From positions 3,968,001 through 4,032,000 of the forward strand of contig CATNEN010000008.1 of the NCBI GenBank assembly GCA_950097015.1: a stretch of 64,000 bases of DNA, in the 5' to 3' direction. This DNA comes from Macrostomum hystrix. Taxonomy: Eukaryota; Animalia; Platyhelminthes. The notes under the pieces were generated by a model that saw only the letters and a program-made list of their open reading frames with translations, made no database searches and was not told where the DNA came from. The position numbers and the translations under genes are program-made. This document shows positions 25,601 to 37,600 of the stretch, one piece after another. Each line of letters begins with the position of its first letter. Within the stretch, counting starts at the first letter, position 1.

Positions 25601-28600
25601 TCTCACTGACTGCCTTCTTCAATTGTAGATCGCCACTGTCGCCTAATTCACCGAAGAGTCTAATGTACACCTTGGCGTCGGTGCCGGAGCCTCGATCTTC
25701 TGAAGTCTTCACGGTAACGCGATACTTCACCTTGGACAGGACGGATTTGTTGTTGACGCGCGCTTCTAAGTCGACGTAGTCTTTGCCATCCTTGCCGATC
25801 CACTTGCCGCACTCGAATGTGTACACATCGGCCGAGTCGGTGTTTGTGAGGGTCACCCGGTCCACGAGCCATTTCTTGCGATGGCCCTTGCCGTCGTGGC
25901 CCAAGCGGATCTTGTGCACTGGGCCAACGTCTTCAACGTAGACCTGCAACACGTCGGGTGAGTTTTTTGAGTCATTAGCGTGGTGTGTCGAAGTCAGCAC
26001 GAAAAATTGACATCAGAGTAAAAAAGGCAGGGCAGAACTGTTTCATTGTATTGAATACCCTTTCACCTTAATGAGATCCCTGCGACCGCGCTCGAAGCGA
26101 GTCTCCTCCTTGTCCAGGTACAACGGCTCGGACTGGCCTTGCTTGCCGTAGACTGTGAGCATCACGCGACAGTCGGTGCCAGCGTCCTGTTGGTTGGCCG
26201 TCTCAACCAGGACCTCGTAGGGTACCTCTGAAACGTTAATTTTCGGGTTTTTACACTTTCCATTTCGTTGGCTTCGCGTCCAGAGGCTTTGAAGTATTGA
26301 ACGACGAGAAATGCATTTTACTGAACTCACTCGGCTTAAACGACACAATGGAATCTCCGTCGTCCTTCGTGAACTCGAACATGCGCACAGTCTTGCTATC
26401 GTCTTTGTCCTTGGCGAACCAGCATTTGCACTTTTGTGTGTACAACTTGCCCTGGACTGGCAGCTCGAGCCGGAACTCCTCCAGGTACCAGCCTTTGCCG
26501 GGCACAATGCCCTCATTGCCGATCTCCAGCCGGGTGACTTCGGCCAGTTTCAAGGCTTCGAATGAGAACTGCACGGTGCTGCCAGGCAGAAGAGCCTTGT
26601 CGGTGCCTTCCAACGGCAGATCCACCTGGCCCGTGTTCACCTCTTCGCGCTTTTGACGCCTTGACGAAGAGGACGCCGAGAGAGACTGCCTCCTGGACGA
26701 TGAAGTGGCGGAGGAGGACTCTTGCTGAGGCTGGTAGCCGTACAGGCGCACCCAGATGGGGCCTTCAGTGGCGCTGCCGCCCTTGACGCGGCCGGTGGTG
26801 AAGGTGATGTTGTAGTCGCCGGCTGCGAAGGCGGGTCAGATTATTGATATTATTTGCTCATCGAGGGTTTGATCTCCAGGGTTGGTGCTTAACTTAGGAC
26901 CATGATCTCCACCTAGCCTTTTTTTACCGCCTGCCCATATTATCTTACCTGAAGCTTGAGGTCGATAACACAACATCAGATGAGCAATTAGAGGCTAACT
27001 CACACTAACTTGATTGATCTGCAGGGTCATCCGGAGTAGTCGCACGGAAACTGAGCTGGAACATTCACACCTTTTGCTCTGTCTTGCCTTCCAAGCGGTT
27101 GTGTGGTTTTTGCTCACTAACCCAACAATTTTGAGCAAAAAAATGTTTTTTTAGCCATAGCAATTTCTTTCAGATTCTATAACTCGCCATGCACTCGATT
27201 TTAGGCACTTTGACAGACAAAAATGACGGAGTTGTGTGCTCATGCATTAACCCGAAACTGCTGCCTGACCCACAAAATAGTTTGGCAAACACGTCAAACT
27301 CACTCGGCCCCTCAGCGATTTTCTCCAAGGTTGACGAGGCCCTGCGCAGGCTGCCTCTCGGACTCTTGTCCCGCTCGACGCCGCTCAGACTCGAGCCCAG
27401 ACTGCGCATGCTGGACGCAGACGATGCCATGTCGCCTTCGTAGCCCTGAGCGTACACTGTCACCTGCAGCTTCTTGTCCTCCTTCTTCTTGGAGAGCCAG
27501 CGCTCGGCAAAGAAGGAGGTCTTCTCGCCGGTGGCCGTGTCTTGAACCTCGACGCGATCTAGGAACCAGTCAGAGAAGAAGCCTTTGTCGTTGTGCCGAA
27601 TCTTGATCTTGTAGAGCTTGCCAAGATCGATTGCCTCCCAGGTGAAGACATCTTCGTGGCCCTTCTCGAACTTGTCCGTGTAGGTCTCCGAGTTGATGAG
27701 TTCGCGCTCTCCAGTGTCGCCCTTTTCGCCGTAGATCGTCAGGAAGACGTCGGCGTTGGTTCCACCTCCGCTCTTGTCGCCGGTGAACACGTGCACCTTG
27801 TAGTTCTTCTTCTTCAGCGAGCCCTTGATATCCTTCTCGCGCCGCTTGCCCTTGCCACCGATTCTATCGTCCTCCTCAATGACCTTGTTGGGCACGAGCT
27901 CGCGAACGATTTCGCGATCGTCCTCGTCGCGAGCGAGCCAACGACCGCATGGGAATACATAGGTTGCCGAGGTCTGCGGGATTTGATGTCCTAGAAGTAG
28001 AAGAAGCGATAGAAGCGAAGCGGTGGAGCATTGCTAGAATTAAACTCACCTTTCCCTGCTTGAACTTGCGAATCTCCACCTTGTCGAGGTGCCATCCGGC
28101 GCGTAGACCCTCATCGTCGTGGCCAATGCGAATCTTCTCAATCGGATCGTCGACGTCTTCCAACTGTAAAGTTAAATTTATAAACCTTTTATCCAGTACT
28201 GCACCGTCTCAAACACACAGATAAATCATTGACGCACCTCCAAAACAAACTTGTCCACACTGCCTCGTTTGAACTTGCCAGACTTCTCCGTCTTGGGGCA
28301 AAGCTGCTTCTGCTCCGTCTGAGTCTCCTTGCCATAGATCTGAATGAACACGTTGGCGCTGGTGCCTGCGCCACTCTTGTCGGAGGTGTACGTTGTAATT
28401 CTCATAGGGCACGCCTGCGAAATGATTTGTCGTTTCGACATTTACGCTCGTACATTTGCTACTAAAAATAGCGAACGCTAGGCGACTTAAAATTCCCAAA
28501 CTAAATAGCTGCGATATGACGCGACGCATTTAACAGTAGACCACGCTATGGGGAAAGACCACAAGGGGGATATTTCAAATATCCACTGCCTACTTCACGA

Positions 28601-31600
28601 TAGCTCCCAAACCGAATGAACGTTGAATTCCACCATCTGAATCAAAATTTTTGCCTATTTCGATGAAAATACTTTCAAAGCCTCGTATTCGAAATACCCA
28701 CGTGGTCTTTCTACTTCCAGACGTCAGTCTGAAGTAATGAACAATGGGCGCAGACTCACGATTGGCATAGATCCGCGTCGCGCCCTGCTGCGGATAAAGC
28801 GTCTTCTCCAGCTGCCCGTCACCTTTACTCTTGCCGATCCATTCGCCGCAGGAAAACAGCCAGGAGGTTCCGAGTTTCGGACAGTCGATTTCAACCTTTT
28901 CGACGTACCAGTCAGGCCTGGGGTTCGCATTGTCGTGCCCCAGTTTGATCTTGCGCAGCTCGCCAATGTCAACTAGTTCGATTTCGAATTCGTCGCAGTG
29001 GCCGCGCTCGAATTTGTTTGAGTAGGTCTTGCTCTGCTGCAGCGGTATGACGCCAGAGTCGCCCGAGTCGCCGTGAAGAACGATGTGGCAGTTGGCGTCG
29101 GTGCCAGCTCCGAACACGTCGCCCGTGTAAACCTTCACGTGATAGGTCTCGGAAGCGGCTGCGAAATTTAATTTGAAGGGCGGTTGATCAAATAGAGACT
29201 TAAAGCAGGTGTTGCTTGACACCTTTTTGACCAGGTGTGCAGCTGACAGCAGAGCCGCAGCGGCTGAAGCAATACAGAGTTCAGTGTCTTGCTTGTTCCA
29301 CTAAAGTCGAGAATCGAACCTCCGACCTTCAAGTCGTGAGTCCGAACCACTGGCTACAACCCCTACAACTAAAATGAGTGCATTTCAATTTCGATATATA
29401 AGAAGTGTTTCTCGAAACTACATAGTAAATTAGGCCTGAATAATCAACAGAGAATATTAACGGGTAGGCATGCAGATTCCCCCATGCAGAATCTTTCCAG
29501 ATTCATTCTATTTGTATCAATAAAAACTGAACTGCTACTTGCTAATGAACATAAATTAGTGCTCATACAGGAAATGACAATCGTGCTGCCTGATGGTAGT
29601 GAACCATTTTCGTCGAGGCGAATGTAAATAGATGGATGGGGATTTTTTAATGGGCTTCAGGTGCACTTCACAATGTTAAAATTTTTTTCTTGATTTTTTA
29701 ACGGTACAAACAACAGCTTTCAACCTGCAGTGGTTTTGGCTGCGTCCTCCAGATCTGTAACTAAAAATGGGAGAAATCATCCTCAATGCGCCATTATCGC
29801 TTTTCACTTTAGAGAAACTCAACAACAGAAAAAATGCAACAAAAGGATTCAAGAATCAAAGAGTATATTAAAGAGTCGAGTAAAAGCCATTGGCGAAGGA
29901 ACATGTTAAAATAAAAAGCAAAGGAAAGAATGATTCGCTTCGTCTCAGAAAGGAACAGTGTTGGTAATCTCATGTCTAATAAAAATAGTATTTGGTGAAA
30001 CCTCTTGTAGACCCGCAGCCAGCGAGGAGGCAATTCTGCCCATTTCGCTGACTCCTGAGCACACACACACACACAGATACAGTACACTGGCACACGCTCA
30101 CACAGGTGTGTACATCTGCCCGGACTTTCTCATCGTCAGTCAGTGTACACTCTCAATGTGCCTTGGAGGTTGGCCCTCAAGGGCGTAAATTGCACGTCAA
30201 GCCACCAAGCCTTCTCTCCGCGGCTGCGCCCCAAATAAATGTGGCCTCGCCGCGGAATCGAGCTTAGGGACATTGGTGCGAGAGGCGAACGCGATAACCG
30301 CTCTGCAACTGACCTCCCAATCTCATGTCTCATTATCTCATAAAAAGTGAACTCACCCTTCTTCTCCAGCTTGAGCTTCTCATGCACATCCTTTCCCATG
30401 TGCGACTTGTCCATGGCGATGAGATCCCGGGAGATGTGCCCACCGTCGCGCGAGGTCGAGAGCCATTGGTGGCAGGGGAAGTAAACCTCCCGCTTGGCTT
30501 TGGGGTCGACGATGATCACGTGATCCAGGTACCAGTCCGCGCCACCGCCCTTATCGTCGTGCCGAATCTTTACTTTACGCAGCTCGCCCAGCTCCACAGC
30601 TTTCACCTTGAAGATGTCCTCATTGTTGCGCTCGAACTTGTTGCGATGGTTCTCGCTGTGGCTGAGCTCACGCTCGCCTGAATCAGCTTCGGAGCCGAAT
30701 ATTGTCAGGAAGACGTTGGCGTCGGTTCCAGCTCCGAGCTTGTCCCCCGTCTGCACACGGACCTCGTAAACCGATTCGGTGAGCCGAGACAGCGGCTTGC
30801 CATCCTTGGTGGTTGGCAGCAGTTCGCGCACGATTAGCTTGTCGTCTTCGTCCCGAGCCAACCAACGGTTGCAGTAGAACCAGTACTCCTCAACCACTTC
30901 CTCTTCGCCGTCGTCCTCACCACCTCCCACCCGCGTCCTCGCATCATAGTTAACATCGTCATCCTCTTCGTCATCTTCGTAATTGCTGACATCGCGTCGG
31001 GAGCCCCTAACTGACGGCGATCTTGCCGAGGAGCGACGACGAGACGCGGCGCCAACCGAGCTAGCGCGACGCGACTGCACCGATCGACGATCGTCAAAGT
31101 TTTCCTCATCGTCATCGTCCTCTACCTCGTCTTCGTTTGAGTAGCGACTGCCGCGACGGCTTGAAGCTGCAGCTGCGGACCGAACTGACTGGCGTCGCGA
31201 GCTAACACTGGGAGATCTCGAAGAGGAAGCCCCGTCAGCGCCGCGGCGACCTCGCCGATTGCGATTGTCGACCATCATGTCTTCGTCATCATCGTCGTCG
31301 AATTCATCCTCGTAGTCATTGTCAGCACGTTTGCCTCGCTTTCCAGCGACGCTGCCTCTCCCAGCCGCCGATTTCGGTCGGCGACGAGATGATGGTGCGG
31401 TGGCTGACGAAGCAGCTCGACGTGACGAAAAGTCGTCGTAGTCATTCTCATCGTCGCTGCGCCTGTCGTTGCGTGGCGCCAGTTTTGACTTTCGACGACT
31501 ACCACCGGCAGCAAGGCTCGCCCGAAGCCGTTTCGACCCCTGCATGGCGTGGCGTCGGATTACCACGTGATCCAAGAACCAACCGTCACCCATTCCCGTA

Positions 31601-34600
31601 CCGTCGTGGCCAATGCGCAGCTTTTGTATTGGTCCTACGTCGAGCAAGTCCAACTTGAACTTCTCCACTTTGCCCTGCTCAAAATTATCAGAGCGCGAGC
31701 GTAACGGAGTTTGCTCAGTTTTGAGACCGTCCTCGCCATAGATTTGAATGAAAACGTTGGCGTCCGTGCCAGCTCCCCGGCAGTTGCCTGTCTGCACGAT
31801 GATTTCGTAGGGTATTGCTGCAAGTGAAAAATGAAGTATTTTGTTTATTCAAATTGATGCACAGTTTCTAGAAGTTCTGCTGCATTGCGAAATTCTGAAT
31901 CATTATGTTTGATGTCTAAAAGATCAAAAACTACAAGCGTACTTCAAAAAAAGGACGAACTTCCCTTGTTCGTCTGAAAAAACTTTGCTTGTGGGTTTTA
32001 AGTTACAAAGTCTAAGAACTTTGCTACAAAGGAGTTGAATGAGTGCATGCTAGTCCCTACTTTTGTTTCCATTTGAACCGGGGAGCACGTCTTTCATCAG
32101 ACTAAACTTATGTATTACTACTCACTGTGCTCAATGTCCGTGACCTCGCTGACGTCAATATCCACCTCTAGTTTGCGATCCGCTTTGTCCGTGTCAAGCC
32201 AACGATGCGCCGCAAATGTGTACTGCTTGCCCTGCGATGGCACCGCGATGCGAACCCAGTCCAGGAACCAGCCGGCGTTCGGATTTGAGCCATCGTGACG
32301 AATCCGGATGCGCTCGAGCTGGAAGAGCGAAAATGAAATATTGAGATTTTCAAATTCACAAAGACTCAGGAATTTTATTTTTGGGGGACTTTGGTTTTAT
32401 ACTTTTGTACATATTGGTGGGGTTCGGACTACTTTGTAGTATGTTGGGTATCGATTGGTATATTTTGTTATGGTTTGTTAATCTATGGTATGGTTTGGTA
32501 CGGTTTGGTATCTTTCGGTGTGGTTTGGTATGGTTTAGTATGGTTTGGTATGGTTTGGTATGGTTTGGTATGGTTTGGTATGGTTTGGTATGGTTTGGCA
32601 TGGTTTGGTGTGGTTTGGTGTGGTTTCGTGTGGTTTGGTATGGTTTGGTGTGGTTTCGTGTGGTTTGGTATGGTTTGGTATGGTTTGGTATGGTTTGGTG
32701 TGGTTTGGTATGGTTTGTTATGGTTTGGTGTGGTTTGGTGTGGCTTGGTATGGCTTGGTATGGTTTGGTATGGTTTGGTATGGTTTGGTGTGGTTTGGTG
32801 TGGTTTCGTGTGGTTTGGTGTGGTTTGGTGTGATTTGGTGTGGTTTGGTATGGTTTGGTGTGGTTTGGTATGGTTTGGTATGGCTTGGTATGGTTTGGTA
32901 TGGTTTGGTATGGTTTGGTGTGGTTTGGTGTGGTTTCGTGTGGTTTGGTGTGGTTTCGTGTGGTTTGGTGTGGTTTGGTATGGTTTGGTATGGTTTGGTA
33001 TGGTTTGGTGTGGTTTGGTGTGGTTTCGTGTGGTTTGGTGTGGTTTGGTGTGATTTGGTGTGGTTTCGTGTGGTTTGGTGTGGTTTGGTGTGATTTGGTG
33101 TGGTTTGGTATGGTTTGGTGTGTTTTCGTGTGGTTTGGTATGGTTTAGAGAGGTATAAGCTTGTGTTTCAGCTTGGTTCGAAGTCTGATTTAGTTTGTTC
33201 TGGCTTGATCAGGTTTAATGTTGTGCGCCGTGGCTGCAAAGACAATGACACGATGCTGGTATCGATCAGATGCATACCGTTCCGATATCCGGGCTTTCCA
33301 ATCGGAATAGGTCGATCCGGTTCTGCTCGAATTTGTTGATCGCCGCATCGGAGGCTTTCAGTTGGCGTTCGCCAGTTTCACCCTTGTCGCCGAAGATGTT
33401 GATGAAGACGTTGGCGTCTGTGCCAGCTCCTAGCTTGTCGCCAGTCTTCACTGACACATTGTAAGTGAGCTCTGTGGGTGCCGAGTTTTTGGTAATCAAT
33501 ATGAGATCGTCGGGAGTGTCTTTTTTGTAAATAAAAGATGGATTCTTGGTTTTTGTTTCCTGAGCGAAGCTGATAACAATGAGACTCACTGTCTAACAAT
33601 GTGCCCGACGCTGTGAGATCCCGTTCAATGCAGCCGTCATCTGCTTTTGAGTCCAACCACCTGTCAAAGCAGAAGCAAATTTTCTAGAGTTACAAATATT
33701 AGCAAACCGAGTTTTCACTGAATGGTAGCTCGTACTTCGGAGAAAGATTGGGTTCATTGCTTTTAACTGCGCCCTCATCATTTTAAATTCAATGTGCTGC
33801 TGAGAACTGTTCAACTGATTGACTTTGATTATGATGACAAAATTTAATCTACAAATGGCATTTGTTTAACTGCAGTGTAGTTGAATCATTTATGCTTATT
33901 TTTTTCCGATGAATTCAATTATTGTCATGCTTCATTTACGTACGTAGTTATTAGAGAAAGGTGCAAATAAGCTTCGTAAATAGACTTCATCGTATTCAAC
34001 GTATTCAAAATTAGCTAGCCTGTCGATTGTTCCGAAGGAAAACGACGTGTACTTTTGTGTGTACACGGAACTGCTCGTTGTCTTAAGCCGTGTACCGCTC
34101 ACTGTTTTTCGTGCGCTATACGATTTTCTGTTCTTGGCTGTGTACTGCTTTGTGTATAACACTGTGTACAATCCTTTGGACTACACTGTACCCTGTCGTA
34201 TAGTGTACTACGCCATGTTGCAGCAATGTACACCCTGACAACTGTATGCGAAAGAAGCAGTTTTGATCAGAGAAGCCGGACCTGTCGCAGATGAAGTCCC
34301 ATTTATTGTCCGGTTGATCGTCCCTCCACACCGTCACCTTGTCGAGGAACCAGCCGCTGCCGGCATTTTTACCATCGTGCCCGATGCGCACCTTGTCGAT
34401 GCGCTTGCCTAGTCCGACCGCTTCGATGATGAACTCATCCTCCTGCGGAGGGAGACAGGCAGAGTCCGTGGACAATGGCTAGTGTTGGGCGCGTTACTCA
34501 TTACCAATTTTATAACGATCGTTACTTTTCTGCAACGTTTCTTTTTCCCGTTGCCATGGGCTGGTAACGAAAATGATGGTAACGAGTCGTTATCAACAGT

Positions 34601-37600
34601 GTGCATTTCCCGTTGCCAAGGGCTGGTAACGAAAATGATGGTAACGAGTCGTTATCAACAGTGTGCATTTCCCGTTGCCAAGGGCTGGTAACGAAAATGA
34701 TGGTAACGAGTCGTTATCAACAGTGTGCATTTCCCGTTGCCAAGGGCTGGTAACGAAAATGATGGTAACGAGTCGTTATCAACAGTGTGCATTTCCCGTT
34801 GCCTGACCATTTTTCGTTACCAATTTTCCGAAAAAAATTTTATACGACATTACTAGCACTGAAAATTTAATATTTTGCTGCATTTAAAATGTTTAAACTG
34901 TTTATTGGTCAATCAGTAGACTGGCCATAGTCTGTTAGTCTGTAGGCAATATTAGCCTAAGGCCATGATGGCTCAGAGTCGGAGACAGAGTGATAATGAT
35001 AACAATGTTGAAAGTGATGATGCTAACGCTGTAACTGCATCTGTTACTGTAACTGCATCTGTTACTATAACTATAATTGTAAAATTACTTACTTATTATA
35101 CAACTGATAATAAAGCTTTACGTGTTAATAACATGCTAATTTAAAAAAACTGGAGCGGATTTAGGCCTAAAATGTAAGAAAATATAAAGTAATGATTAAA
35201 AGTAACGACAGTAAAAGTTACCGCCTATATCGTTACTTTTTTAGTAACACGTTAATCGCTTTCATCCACCAAAATTTCTTCTCCAGCTAATTCTGATACC
35301 ACTTTTACAGCTATTTGAACTCAAGAAACTGGGAATTAAGTGTCTTGCTCAAAGACACAAATCGATCGATTACCTTTGATTGGGATTCGAACTCTAGCGA
35401 AAATCCGATTTTAGCCCTCGTGAGCTTCGGGAAAATGCTTCTAAAAAGCAGTTTTAAATCTCAAAAAATCTAAATTCAGAATCACAACTAATAATTTTAG
35501 CACTAAAGAGTCGGCCTTTCTAAGCCAATTTACTAGGAAAATTGCTGGCAAATCAAAGTCTAGAGCTTGCCAGAAGCCAGGAGAAGAGAGAAGAAAAAAA
35601 ACAGATGCTGTTTTTAGGGAGCCCACAGGTGAGCAGTTGGGCTGTTTGGATTTTTTTGCGAATCTCAAATTGCGTGCTCTTCTCCTGCTGTTTATCCCGT
35701 GAAAACAAGAAATGAAAAGCAAGCGATTAACTGTATCGAATTGGATGCTTTGATGCTTTGTTTGCTTTTTTAGTTGCAGAGTGAGCAAACAGAATCAGTT
35801 AGCTGCGCTGCAACAGCAGGAAAATGGGATTCAGCGATTCGAGAAGAGACACAAATTACCCCAGCAAGTCCCGCGCTAGAAGATCGCGGCAAAGCAATCG
35901 GCATAGCAGCTTGGAGTGAGACACTGCTGAGAGTAGAATGACCTCGCTATTTTCAAGTAATGCCAACTTCACGATTGCACCCAAACCTATAATGACCGAT
36001 TCTCGTTAAAGTGTTTCGTTCCACGATCGATTTGAACTAAATGTAGCAACTCATCTCCCTCCAGTTGGTTAAAAAATAAAATTCAAATCAACTCACATTG
36101 CCCTTCTCAAACGGGTTCTTATGAGTGAGCGAGTATTTCAGAGGCCGGATGCCCGTGTCGGATTTGCTGCCAAACAGATTGCAGTAGACGTTGGCGTCCG
36201 TGCCAGCGTAGCGGACTTTGCCAGTCTTCACCAGAATGTGGTACTTTTGCACTGAGGTATAGTTAAACGGCTGTTAGAGCTTTCCCAGTCAGCAGACTGC
36301 ATTTGGCAAAAAATTCTTTGAGTCCTGAACAGCTCACCTGGCAGCACATCCCGGATGTCCTTGCCCTCCGCTGGCAGCTCGCGCACCACGCTGCGATCGT
36401 CTTCACTCTCAGCCAGCCACCGGCCGCATCGGAACTCGAAGGTCGCGTCCGGGTTGTCCGCCCCGGCCGCCGTGCGCCTGAGAAGTATTCGCTCCAGGAA
36501 CCAGCCCGCTACGGCGCCGGAGTTGTCGTGACCGACTCGCAGCTTGAACGGCGTGCCAACCAGCGGGGTGTGGATCTTGAAGGTGTCCACCTTGCCGCGC
36601 TCGAAGCTTCCTCGAACGGCGTCAAGAAAGATGTCCTCCGACTTGGCCTTGTCGCCGTAGAGAGCCAAGTAGACTTTGGCATCGGTGCCGGCGCTCTGCT
36701 TGTTGCCAGTGTGCACTTCTACGGACCATTCCTCCTCTGACGGCGGGTGGATGAGATTGGATGGTGCTGGACTGGCTGCGATTCTAACTGGGGCTTCCTG
36801 CTGCGATTCTAACTGGGGCTTCCTGCTGCGATTCTAACTGGGGCTTCCTGCTGCGATTCTAACTGGGGCTTCCTGCTGCGATTCTAACTGGGGCTTCCTG
36901 CTGCGATTCTAACTGAGGCTTCCTGCTGCGATTCTAACTGGGGCTTCCTGCTGCGATTCTAACTGGGGCTTCCTGCTGCGATTCTAACTGGGGCTTCCTG
37001 CTGCGATTCTAACTGGGGCTTCCTGCTGCGATTCTAACTGAGTCTTCCTGCTGCTATTCTAACTGAGTCTTCCTGCTGCTATTCTAACTGAGTCTTCCTG
37101 CTGCGATTCTAGCTGGGGCTTCCTGCTGCGATTCTAACTGGGGCTTCCTGCTGCGATTCTAACTGGGGCTTCCTGCTGCGATTCTGGCTGGGGCTTCCTG
37201 CTGCGATTCTAACTGGGGCTTCCTGCTGCGATTCTAGCTGGGGCTTCCTGCTGCGATTCTAACTGGGGCTTCCTGCTGCGATTCTAGCTGGGGCTTCCTG
37301 CTGCGATTCTAACTGGGCCTTCCTGCTGCGATTCTAACTGGGGCTTCCTGCTGCGATTCTTGCTGGGCCTTCCTGCTGCGATTCTAGCTGGGGCTTCCTG
37401 CTGCGATTCTAACTGAGTCTTCCTGCTGCGATTCTAGCTGGGGCTTCCTGCTGCGATTCTAACTGGGCCTTCCTGCTGCGATTCTAACTGGATTTTCCTG
37501 CTGCGATTCTAACTGGGGCTTCCTGCTGCGATTCTAACTGAGTCTTCCTGCTGCGATTCTAACTGAGTATTCCTGCTGCGATTCTAACTGGGGCTTCCTG

